In this document: positions 43,781 through 52,606 of the stretch, piece after piece | Layout: each line of letters begins with the position of its first letter | How positions within the stretch are numbered: the first letter of the stretch is position 1 | Assembly (NCBI GenBank): GCA_049903315.1 | Contig: JBNGBT010000011.1 | Coordinates: 30,914-94,913, forward strand | Origin: Candidatus Cloacimonadota bacterium | GTDB lineage: Bacteria > Cloacimonadota > Cloacimonadia > JGIOTU-2 | Length of the DNA: 64,000 nucleotides | Direction of reading: 5' to 3' | Program-made: the position numbers and the translations under genes | Notes under the pieces: generated by a model | What the model saw: the letters and a program-made list of their open reading frames with translations, nothing else | The model's database searches: none | What the model was told of the DNA's origin: nothing

Positions 43781-44515
43781 ATGATTTGGCTTCAGGCAAT
43801 AATCGTTGTCGTATTTGTTCTCATCCATCTTTTAGCTGAAAAATTCCATGTCACAAAAGACGGACCGCGCAGTGCGTGGCTCTCATTTGCAGGAGGTATT
43901 TCAGTTGCCTATGTATTCATACATATCTTTCCTGAATTGGAGATCGCACAAAGACATATCTCGTCACAGTGGGAATTCATTCCTTTCATAGAGCATCATG
44001 CCTATCTTGTTGCGTTGCTCGGATTGATAGTATTCTACGGATTAGAAAGAGGAGCAAAACTTTCGCAGACAAAGCAGACTCTCCCTATTCAACACACAAA
44101 AACCACAACCAGTACAGAAGTTTTCTGGCTGCACATCATTTCCTTTGCGCTCTACAATGCCCTGATCGGTTATCTCCTTGTCCACAGAGAAGAACAGGAT
44201 TTGTACGGATTGATCTTCTTTTCCATTGCCATGGGTTTGCACTTTTTTGTGAACGATTTCTCATTACGAGAATTTCATAAAGATACCTATCAGAAATATG
44301 GGAGATGGCTCGTGAGCGGCATGATAATTGTTGGCTGGGCTGTCGGTCTGTCCATGAAGATCGGCGAAGCAATGACCGGTGTCCTTTTTGCATTCCTTGC
44401 AGGTGGAGTGATCCTCAACGTACTTAAGGAAGAACTGCCTGAAGAGAAAAAAAGCAGGTTCTGGCCCTTTGCCTTTGGAGCTGCCATATATACGCTGCTT
44501 CTACTGCTTTTATAA
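43781..44515 (+). CDS. Multi-pass membrane protein, ZIP-transporter-like
   Basis: About 7-8 TM segments, SFAGGISVAYVF.H..PEL, HFFVND, KEELP; ATG 43781. Confidence 0.65.
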   Translation: MIWLQAIIVVVFVLIHLLAEKFHVTKDGPRSAWLSFAGGISVAYVFIHIFPELEIAQRHISSQWEFIPFIEHHAYLVALLGLIVFYGLERGAKLSQTKQTLPIQHTKTTTSTEVFWLHIISFALYNALIGYLLVHREEQDLYGLIFFSIAMGLHFFVNDFSLREFHKDTYQKYGRWLVSGMIIVGWAVGLSMKIGEAMTGVLFAFLAGGVILNVLKEELPEEKKSRFWPFAFGAAIYTLLLLLL

Positions 44516-44519
44516 CATT

Positions 44520-44720
44520 ATGAAATATATCGAATTTCGCGACAGCATACAAGAAGAACTCATAAAAAATCCTGATGGACTTACATGGGTTGAACTTCGA
44601 AACCGGCTCGAACTTCCCTATGAACGACCGTGTCCCACATGGGTGCAAAGACTGGAAAAAGAAATCGGGCTTATAAGAAGCAAAGGTTCTGGTAGAGCAC
44701 TCGTTTGGAAAATTCCATAA
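44520..44720 (+). CDS. Small hypothetical protein (possible winged helix)
   Basis: ATG 44520: MKYIEFRDSIQEEL..GLTWVELRNRLELPY. Confidence 0.6.
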   Translation: MKYIEFRDSIQEELIKNPDGLTWVELRNRLELPYERPCPTWVQRLEKEIGLIRSKGSGRALVWKIP

Positions 44721-44793
44721 AATATTGCTTTATTCACACATCATTTATTGACAACATTAGTCATAAAAAAGCATTAATACAACCGGAGCAAAG

Positions 44794-45099
44794 ATGAATA
44801 TAAATGACGTGAAAAAATTGATTAATATAATAAAGAACAATATGGAAATCCAGCAGGTAATTTTATTTGGTTCTTATGCTCAGGGTACTATAGAGGATGA
44901 GAGCGATATTGATATCTGTATTATTACAAATGAGAACAAACGCAAGTTGGATTTACTTCGATCTATTAGACAATTACTTTCGCCATTCATCACACGACCA
45001 ATTGATCTTCTGGTATATAATAAAGAGGAGTTTGAAGAAAGATCATTACTAAAAAATACGTTAGAATATAAAATCAAAAGAGAAGGATTGGTGATGTAA
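44794..45099 (+). CDS. Minimal nucleotidyltransferase (MNT) antitoxin-like protein
   Basis: LFGSYAQG...SDIDI; overlaps the HEPN start. Confidence 0.9.
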   Translation: MNINDVKKLINIIKNNMEIQQVILFGSYAQGTIEDESDIDICIITNENKRKLDLLRSIRQLLSPFITRPIDLLVYNKEEFEERSLLKNTLEYKIKREGLVM

Positions 45100-45485
45100 T
45101 GGATAACAATGTTATCACAAAAGAATGGTTTTCTCTTGCGAAGAAAGATATTGAATCTGCAAAATTCCTTAGGAAAATGAAGCCAATCCCCTTAGAAATC
45201 ATATGCTATCATTGCCAACAAAGTGCCGAAAAATATTTAAAAGGATTCCTTGCGTATAACGATCAGGAAGTAATCAAAATTCACGATTTAGTTTTCCTTA
45301 ATAAAAAATGTGTTGAATATAACATATTGTTTATGAAGATTCAGACTGAATGCCTACGATTGACAGACTATAGTGTGAATGTACGTTACCCAGTGCATTT
45401 TGACATCACCGAAAAAGACATGATACTCGCCATAGAGGATGCTGAACGGATTCAAAATTTTGTTCTATCACTCGACCTTGATTAG
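45099..45485 (+). CDS. HEPN-domain protein
   Basis: YHCQQSAEKYLKG, KIHDL, RYP. Confidence 0.9.
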   Translation: MDNNVITKEWFSLAKKDIESAKFLRKMKPIPLEIICYHCQQSAEKYLKGFLAYNDQEVIKIHDLVFLNKKCVEYNILFMKIQTECLRLTDYSVNVRYPVHFDITEKDMILAIEDAERIQNFVLSLDLD

Positions 45486-45598
45486 CAAGTAATATTTTAT
45501 TTGAAATCCTCTCTTAATTATTCATGTTGCAGTTCTAACTGAAACTTTTACTGAGTTCTATCTTGCGCAAATTCATAGCAATATAAGGAAGGTCGAAA

Positions 45599-46339
45599 AT
45601 GAAGAAAATAGCAATCATCATATTAATGTGCATCCTGCTTACTTTTATTGGATGCTCAAAAAAACCCTTGCAATTCACTTTCTTAAACTATCCGCCCTAT
45701 TGCTGGGTAGACGCAGAGGGGCATGCCCAGGGAATCTACATAGACATTATAAATGCGGTTGTACATACTCGTATGGGAATACCTGTCGTATATCATGAAT
45801 ATTCATGGGATGTTGCCCAACAATTAGTAAAGGACGGCAAAGCAGATGCTTTCATCACAGTTCCCACTCCGGAAAGAAGAGAATACACTGAGATCAGCAC
45901 GGAACCGCTTATATCCGATGTCAGCGTAATATTTACTCAAAAAGACAATAATAAGCTGGAAGAAATAAAAAAGATCACATCAATTTCTGAGTTGAAAGAT
46001 TCCAAATTATTGGATTACACCGGCAGCGGATGGGCAAAAGAACATCTGGCAGGTTTTGACATTGAATGGCTTCCCGGCATAAAGCAAGTTTTGATCGAGC
46101 TTGCATCCGGCAAAGGAGATATTTTTGTGCAAACCTCACTCTTGACAAAGTACAATATCAAAGCACTCAATTTGGAAGATAAATTAATTGAAATCCCCAC
46201 TCCGCTTGACCAGATAGATTTTTACTTATGTATAGCTAAAAACTCTTCATATGTGAGCATTCTTCCCGAATTCGACAGGATCATCAAGGAGATGAAAGAA
46301 GACGGAACATTACAAAAGATTGTTGATAAATATCAATAA
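45599..46339 (+). CDS. Family-3 (polar amino acid) solute-binding lipoprotein
   Basis: YPPY..GIYIDI..GKADAF..DGTLQKIVDKY. Confidence 0.85.
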   Translation: MKKIAIIILMCILLTFIGCSKKPLQFTFLNYPPYCWVDAEGHAQGIYIDIINAVVHTRMGIPVVYHEYSWDVAQQLVKDGKADAFITVPTPERREYTEISTEPLISDVSVIFTQKDNNKLEEIKKITSISELKDSKLLDYTGSGWAKEHLAGFDIEWLPGIKQVLIELASGKGDIFVQTSLLTKYNIKALNLEDKLIEIPTPLDQIDFYLCIAKNSSYVSILPEFDRIIKEMKEDGTLQKIVDKYQ

Positions 46340-46340
46340 G

Positions 46341-46570
46341 CGAATTCGACATTGGTCAATATCTCCTTCCATAATTGAACATTGTGTCAGGGAGTGGTCC
46401 CTGACACCTCAAATAATAAAAAAAAACCGAAGGCGAGAATGCGCATACTCGCCGTTAAAAAAATATAATGTCCGTCTGAGCATGTCTAAGACGAGCACTT
46501 ATCACACTTCGACAAGCAAAATGTGACACACAACATCAACCGAAAGCGATATTGGCCAATATCGCCTTCG
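46341..46570. repeat. Cluster of short palindromes (B', A, B-like, C-like, D, B)
   Basis: Elements at 46341-46369, 46384-46407, 46428-46456, 46468-46490, 46502-46526 and 46541-46570. Confidence 0.8.
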
Positions 46571-46647
46571 ATGAAAAAAATTGACACATAAACCATAAAA
46601 TAATACAAACCACTAAAGTCAAAATTAAAAACCTTCGGAGGTTTCTT

Positions 46648-49230
46648 ATGAGCAAAAGGATTTTGATTCTTTTACTGATAATAACGATAGGTGTAGTTAC
46701 TTTCTGCACAAAAAAATCAACCTCACCGGAAGAAAAGCTCCCCCCCCCGACCGATCTCACAATAACCCTCGTTGAAAATAACCAAATACAAATAAACTGG
46801 ATTGATAACTCCACGAACGAAACTGCATATCTCATAGACAGAAAAAAAGGAACGTATGATTGGCTGGTAAATTACAGCGACGTGGCTGCAAACTTAACTT
46901 CGTTCACAGACGATATTTCCACAAATTCCGATACGGTATATGCCTACAGAATCCGGGCATTCGATGGAGAAAATTTTTCTGCATACTCGGATACTATTGC
47001 ATGGTTCTCGACAAATTCAGCACCATCCAGCTTACAAATAGAGCAAATGTCACAGGACACCCTCCAACTCACCTGGCAGGATAACAGTATCGGTGAACAG
47101 TATTTCCGCATCGACAGAAAGATAGACGAAAAGGGCTGGCAGATGGACTATGCACATGTTCCTTCAGATTCCACACACTTCCTCGATTATACCACATCTT
47201 TGTATGATACGTGTAATTATAAAGTATTTGCTGTAAACGGTATAAGCCAATCGGATTCCACTGAAAATGCTTTTATACCCTTCTTGCCTGCACCCTCAAA
47301 TTTACAACTTCAAGCTCTGGGTGCAACGCAGGTAAAACTGACCTGGCAGGATAACTGCCACAATGAAGATGGTTACAGATTGTACGTAAAAAGAGGTGAA
47401 TTTGCAGAATGGGATTCTATCAATCTTGCTGAGAATATTGAGGAATTGATTGATGAAAGCGTGATTCCAGGCATTGTAAATTATTACAAAGTATGTGCTT
47501 ATTACGAAAACGACACATCAGGATTTATTGAAGATAATATAAACACACTTTCTGCCCCGAGTAACCTTACATGTTCCCAACAGAATGTTCACACTTTTGA
47601 ACTGACATGGCAAGATAACAGCCAGTTCGAGCAGGGATTCAAAATTGACAGAAAAATTGATAATGGTGAGTGGACATCTCCATTTGTTACAACTGCCGTT
47701 AATGATACTACCTATACCGATTCAACAATTGGCAGGAACTATGATACTGTGTATTATAAGCTATCGGCGTATTATGAAACTTATAACTCGGATACTCTCG
47801 AAACTAACAGCAATATTGCGTTCCCTGCTCCAAAAAATGTAGAATATGAAAAGGTGAACATACACAGCATAAAACTCACGTGGGATGATTATTCACAGGG
47901 TGAAACGGGTTTTAAAATTGATAAAAAAGTAGGAGTTGGTATTGGCGAGTGGCAAATTGAATATGCAATAGTAGGTGAGAATATCCAGGAATGGACAGAC
48001 GAGAATGCTGAAATAAATGAAACTCTGCAATACAGAATTCATGCCTATTGTGGCGAAAATGTGTCTGACTATGCCCTATCCCAGGAAATCGACAATACTT
48101 TCCCTGCACCAACCGACCTTACTTACCTGAAGATTGATATTGCCACGATCAAGCTGAATTGGATTGATAATTCTGTTGGAGAGCGAGGATTTAAGATAGA
48201 CAAAAAAGTGGGTGATGGAAACTGGGATTTGGAGTACGCAGAATTGGATGAAAACACCCAGCAGTGGCTTGATTGGACAGCAGAAATAAATGAGATGATC
48301 CAATATAGAGTATATGCATATTACGAGGACGCTGTTTCCGATTATGAATATTCTGATGAGATAGATAACGCGATACCCGCACCTGAAAACCTATCATATG
48401 AAATTGAGAATGAGAATGAAGTTAGTTTATCTTGGGATTATTCTTTGATTGGAATTGATAAATTCATCATAGCAAGAAAGAAAATAGACAATAATTGGAA
48501 TTACGAGTATGCTGAAGTAGATGCTTCCGTTTTAGAATGGAGTGAAGTTATTGATATGGAAGAGTACTATATATATAAGATAAAGGCAAATTTTAATGAT
48601 TATTATTCTGAATATTCAAATGAAGTTTTTATTGATTTTATTATTGATATAGATGGTAATGTTTATAGGACTTCAATAATTGGAAACCAAGAATGGATGA
48701 GTGAAAATCTAAAAGTTACTCATTACAGAGACGGTAATCCCATCCCTTATTTAACTGATAATTACGAATGGATGGATACATATTCAGGTGCATATTGTGT
48801 GTATGATAATGAACCCTCTAATATTGGAACATATGGTAATATCTACAATTGGTATACTGTAGATGATCCTCGTGGTTTAGCACCTGAAGGATGGCATGTA
48901 CCAACTGACGATGATTGGCAGGAATTAGTTGATTTTCTTGGAGGTGGGAATGTTGCAGGCGGTAAAATGAAGGAAGCAGGTACGACTCATTGGGATAATC
49001 CAAACACAGGTGCTACAAACGAAAGTGGATTCACTGCTTTGCCAGGTGGCTATCGAAGCCACAACAATGGTTATTATAGCAATATTGGGATCGGAGCAAA
49101 CTTCTGGTCTTCCACAGAGTACAATGGTGATCTTGGTTGGGCTCGTACATTGGGCTACAGTAATTCAGAAGTATATCGTCATAATAGTAACAAAAAAAAG
49201 GGCTTCTCAATACGCTGTTTAAAAGACTAA
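46648..49230 (+). CDS. Lipoprotein with tandem FN3 repeats and C-terminal FISUMP (Fib_succ_major) domain
   Basis: Repeats P.(N/D)L..L.W.DNS..E.GF.IDRK; DIDGNVY..IGNQEWMSENL..GFSIRCLKD. Confidence 0.9.
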   Translation: MSKRILILLLIITIGVVTFCTKKSTSPEEKLPPPTDLTITLVENNQIQINWIDNSTNETAYLIDRKKGTYDWLVNYSDVAANLTSFTDDISTNSDTVYAYRIRAFDGENFSAYSDTIAWFSTNSAPSSLQIEQMSQDTLQLTWQDNSIGEQYFRIDRKIDEKGWQMDYAHVPSDSTHFLDYTTSLYDTCNYKVFAVNGISQSDSTENAFIPFLPAPSNLQLQALGATQVKLTWQDNCHNEDGYRLYVKRGEFAEWDSINLAENIEELIDESVIPGIVNYYKVCAYYENDTSGFIEDNINTLSAPSNLTCSQQNVHTFELTWQDNSQFEQGFKIDRKIDNGEWTSPFVTTAVNDTTYTDSTIGRNYDTVYYKLSAYYETYNSDTLETNSNIAFPAPKNVEYEKVNIHSIKLTWDDYSQGETGFKIDKKVGVGIGEWQIEYAIVGENIQEWTDENAEINETLQYRIHAYCGENVSDYALSQEIDNTFPAPTDLTYLKIDIATIKLNWIDNSVGERGFKIDKKVGDGNWDLEYAELDENTQQWLDWTAEINEMIQYRVYAYYEDAVSDYEYSDEIDNAIPAPENLSYEIENENEVSLSWDYSLIGIDKFIIARKKIDNNWNYEYAEVDASVLEWSEVIDMEEYYIYKIKANFNDYYSEYSNEVFIDFIIDIDGNVYRTSIIGNQEWMSENLKVTHYRDGNPIPYLTDNYEWMDTYSGAYCVYDNEPSNIGTYGNIYNWYTVDDPRGLAPEGWHVPTDDDWQELVDFLGGGNVAGGKMKEAGTTHWDNPNTGATNESGFTALPGGYRSHNNGYYSNIGIGANFWSSTEYNGDLGWARTLGYSNSEVYRHNSNKKKGFSIRCLKD

Positions 49231-49270
49231 GAAATTTACTTTCATATTAATATTCCATGGGGTAAAAAAA

Positions 49271-50152
49271 ATGAATGAAGAAAAAAAATTACTAAATGCA
49301 CTCAATCACTTAAATAATCATCCTTTATCAAAAAATTCACTAATGGAAATGGAAAGCGATTATTTATTCCATTATACGAAATCTGAAAAAGCAATAAATA
49401 TACTTTTTGATCGTAAACTGAAATTAAATCCATTGAATAAAATGAGTGATCCCTATGAAAGAGATATACTTAATTTCGATTATAATGGATTTGATCCTGA
49501 AAAATCAATGATAGTTTTTTCCTTTGAAGATGATGTTAATAAGATAAGATCATCAAGTAAAATTGTATGTTTTTGTTCAAATAATAAGCCAAAAATAGAA
49601 ACACAGAATAATTCAATAATTAAATCAATAAAAGAAATTAAATCAGGATTTTATATTGACGGATTTGCTAACTCAAGAATGTGGGATCAATGTTCTGATA
49701 GTCATAGAGGTGTATGCTTAATTTTCTCCAAAGCAAAAATTATTGAATCTATGAAGGAACAATTTCCAAATCAAATCAATTATTGTGATTATGTAAAATA
49801 TACTGAGCAATTTTATTCTATTAGTGATACTTTACTTCTAAATTGTAACGAAATTATTGAGAAAATGTTAACACCTAATGATTATATATCTAAATTTAAA
49901 AGTCTTATCTTTTTCACAAAAAAAATTGATTACTGCACTGAATCAGAATATAGGATAGTATTATTAGACGATTCTATAAAATGTAAATATTTAGTTATAC
50001 ATAACTGTATTAAAGGAGTATTAATCGGTGATAAATGCAAAAAGGAAGATTATAAGCAATATAAACAAATTGCCGACCTTTGTAGTAAGTTGGGAATAGA
50101 ATGTGCGACTATTGAATGGATAAATGGTATACCGGAAACGTGGGAATGTTGA
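49271..50152 (+). CDS. DUF2971-like protein (AT-rich)
   Basis: LFHYT, MSDPYE, CFCS, MW..HRGVCL, K...ESEYRI. Confidence 0.75.
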   Translation: MNEEKKLLNALNHLNNHPLSKNSLMEMESDYLFHYTKSEKAINILFDRKLKLNPLNKMSDPYERDILNFDYNGFDPEKSMIVFSFEDDVNKIRSSSKIVCFCSNNKPKIETQNNSIIKSIKEIKSGFYIDGFANSRMWDQCSDSHRGVCLIFSKAKIIESMKEQFPNQINYCDYVKYTEQFYSISDTLLLNCNEIIEKMLTPNDYISKFKSLIFFTKKIDYCTESEYRIVLLDDSIKCKYLVIHNCIKGVLIGDKCKKEDYKQYKQIADLCSKLGIECATIEWINGIPETWEC

Positions 50153-50177
50153 GCAAAGTGTGTGCCGCTGATGGAAA

Positions 50178-50563
50178 GAATCACCTTATCACAAGCGTGT
50201 CGGGTCGTATCTGCCAAATGGGCAAGGAAGACTGATCGCAGAGCTTGTGATAAGTGATTCGTTGGCAGAACCTCCAACTTAAGACATGCTCTCCGACATG
50301 CCTCAAGTCTTAACAAATTCCTCTCTAAAAAGAGGGGTGGATTCCGATGGAATCGGAAGACGGGGTGTGTTTGACAATTCTGGATTCTTGCTTCCCCATG
50401 AATGATCTCATTATTATTCCTCTCTATCTTTGCAAAAGTTCGAAACTTTCGCAAAGTTTACTGAAAATTAAAAATAAACGAAGGCGATATTGGCCAATAT
50501 CGCCTTCAAATATATAATGTGATAATTCAAACATCGAGTCAGGGAGTGGTCCCTGACACCTCA
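50178..50563. repeat. Second cluster of palindromes (long hairpin, C, nested hairpins, B, A)
   Basis: Elements at 50178-50260, 50277-50308, 50320-50370, 50428-50456, 50480-50507 and 50538-50563. Confidence 0.8.
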
Positions 50564-50603
50564 GTTATGGCATCAAGACACTTGATGCACTCCAAAACTA
50601 TAT

Positions 50604-51353
50604 TTAATTATTGCTCTGTTCCTCGAGGTCATCACGGACAAGCAAACTGGTGGACATGCCTGCAAGCACAAGATTCAGATCATCAGAAATACCATTCTTA
50701 ATCCAAACCGCACCGGCATTTATCGTGGAAACCGCACCGATCGTATTTCCCTGATACACAAACTCGTATCCATACACACTGCCCTGGAATATCTTGGGAA
50801 TATTCTGCCCTTCCACCTGGAGAATGCCTTTTATTTTTATCACCTCGCCCTTATCGTTCTTTGCTTCGCCCATATCGAGATTTTTCGGGGAAATATTATT
50901 AGGATTATTCACCACAAAATTCCAGATATTCATTCCCTTATCAAGGAGTACGCTTCCGTAAAAATAATTCTTGTATGACAATCCAATTGAGAAAAAGTCA
51001 TTGAGCACATTTACATCGGACTCCTCGAACTGCCCTGCACACACAACCTCTGCCTGCGTGCCGTCAGGTGTGAACTGGATAAAATTGAACTTCTGCTTTG
51101 CCGATTTCATTTGAAGAACATCTGACGAATTTGATTCTGACGTAGTCCAGCCCTTGTTGAACTTTGAGGTTTTATACTCGCCAAAAGTAATAACTTTATT
51201 CCAACTGAATCCGTAGCGACCTTTTACGGTGTACATCGACGTGTCTGTGGCAAGAGCTGAAGGTAATTTTATCTGTAGAACCGAGCATCCCACAAGCAGC
51301 ACAAATGCGATAGCTGCAACAATAATACGAGAGGTTATTTGTTTTTTATTCAT
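50604..51353 (-). CDS. Hypothetical lipoprotein
   Basis: LVGC lipobox, GGAG RBS, 249 aa. Confidence 0.75.
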   Translation of the reverse strand: MNKKQITSRIIVAAIAFVLLVGCSVLQIKLPSALATDTSMYTVKGRYGFSWNKVITFGEYKTSKFNKGWTTSESNSSDVLQMKSAKQKFNFIQFTPDGTQAEVVCAGQFEESDVNVLNDFFSIGLSYKNYFYGSVLLDKGMNIWNFVVNNPNNISPKNLDMGEAKNDKGEVIKIKGILQVEGQNIPKIFQGSVYGYEFVYQGNTIGAVSTINAGAVWIKNGISDDLNLVLAGMSTSLLVRDDLEEQSNN

Positions 51354-51364
51354 AGATATTCTCC

Positions 51365-52012
51365 TTAGTACTTTATAACCAATGCGCCGTCTGATGAAGA
51401 GGAAATCCAGTAGGCAAGAGGTACTTCGATGATGTAAATATCCGGAAGCTCGATAAATGACACTTCAAAGGTTTCATCTGCATTGATAAAGGAAGCAGAT
51501 TTTATTTTCTCAACCACATTACGATTCAGCGATAATTTATAAACAGCACTCGCCATGAAGCCGGCTGCCATCTGGTCATCTCCATTATCTTCTTCCTCAT
51601 CCTGCGGAAATGCAATAAATATCTCCTTTGCATCGATGATCGGTAAAAATGCAGGTGCATTATCCTTCTTCAACTTCTTGTATTCCTTACTGTTCATATC
51701 AACAGTGATATACATCTCATAGCCGCATTCAAGCTCGGAATCGACTTTCTTATATTCTGCATCGATATTTTTTGGAAATGTGTTGATAATCTGATCCTCA
51801 TTAAATTTGAACACATCTTCACAGGGATTTTCCTCTGCTTTCGCAGTTCCCATACTACCTGATATCTCAAAAATGCTCTTACTCACAGAAAACTTCACAA
51901 ATACATGCAGATCATTTCCTTCTTTAGAGATATGCTGGGTGATATTAAAACAACCAGCAAATAATAGGGTTATCATACCTAATAAAATTAAACTTTTCCA
52001 TCTTTTTTTCAT
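51365..52012 (-). CDS. Hypothetical lipoprotein
   Basis: FAGC lipobox; start at 52012 after AAGGAG. Confidence 0.7.
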   Translation of the reverse strand: MKKRWKSLILLGMITLLFAGCFNITQHISKEGNDLHVFVKFSVSKSIFEISGSMGTAKAEENPCEDVFKFNEDQIINTFPKNIDAEYKKVDSELECGYEMYITVDMNSKEYKKLKKDNAPAFLPIIDAKEIFIAFPQDEEEDNGDDQMAAGFMASAVYKLSLNRNVVEKIKSASFINADETFEVSFIELPDIYIIEVPLAYWISSSSDGALVIKY

Positions 52013-52048
52013 GCTTTCTCCTTCTTGGATCGAGTCCAAAATTTATTT

Positions 52049-52540
52049 TCATAATTTTTCTATATTCGCTTCAGCAATTACGTTGTGCTGAAGATCGAGC
52101 ACTTTTAAGGTTATATTTTGATCCCTAACCTCAATCATCCCATAGGTCGCAATACGCTTTTTGTCTATACGGGCTTTTAGATGTCCCGGATTGAACCGCA
52201 CTCCAAAAATACTGTTTGCGATCTCCCAATCATGCGTATGCCCGAAAAGGAGCACATCTGCAGAATGACTCAGGTCGTCCGGAGAATGCGCCATATGGAA
52301 TTTTATGTTTTCAATCTTAGCTTCAAGAACATGAGGAAGGTCACCGCTCCTGTATTCAGGATGGAAAATTCCCGGCACACGATACACTTTCCTTCCCCTT
52401 CTATTAAATACGCAGGAATCCAGATCTCCATAATTATCTCCCAGGTGGATGATCACATCAGCGAGGATATTGCTGTCCAGCACATGCTGCAGTATCTCAT
52501 AGTTGCCATGAGTATCACTGACGACAAGTATTTCTTTCAT
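52049..52540 (-). CDS. YfcE-type metallophosphoesterase
   Basis: SDTHG, HLGD, FGHTH, NPG. Confidence 0.85.
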   Translation of the reverse strand: MKEILVVSDTHGNYEILQHVLDSNILADVIIHLGDNYGDLDSCVFNRRGRKVYRVPGIFHPEYRSGDLPHVLEAKIENIKFHMAHSPDDLSHSADVLLFGHTHDWEIANSIFGVRFNPGHLKARIDKKRIATYGMIEVRDQNITLKVLDLQHNVIAEANIEKL

Positions 52541-52606
52541 TGAGCTCCATAATCAAATAAAAAATAATCAAAAAAAATATCGTCAATATTTTGATATTAG
52601 TAAATA

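Noticed and set aside
46341..46570. CRISPR array
   Set aside because: The repeats are heterogeneous and irregularly spaced, and there are no cas genes
25293..46600. Non-standard promoter spacing after the many TTGACA hexamers
   Set aside because: Candidate -10 boxes fall at inconsistent distances in AT-rich DNA; not supportable without TSS data
48640..49230. FISUMP domain as a diversity-generating retroelement target
   Set aside because: No reverse transcriptase and no template repeat differing at adenines was seen in the window; a remote DGR cannot be excluded
50050..50454. 134-aa minus-strand ORF and other short antisense or overlapping ORFs in the track
   Set aside because: They run through palindromic repeats or shadow well-supported genes and show no protein motifs
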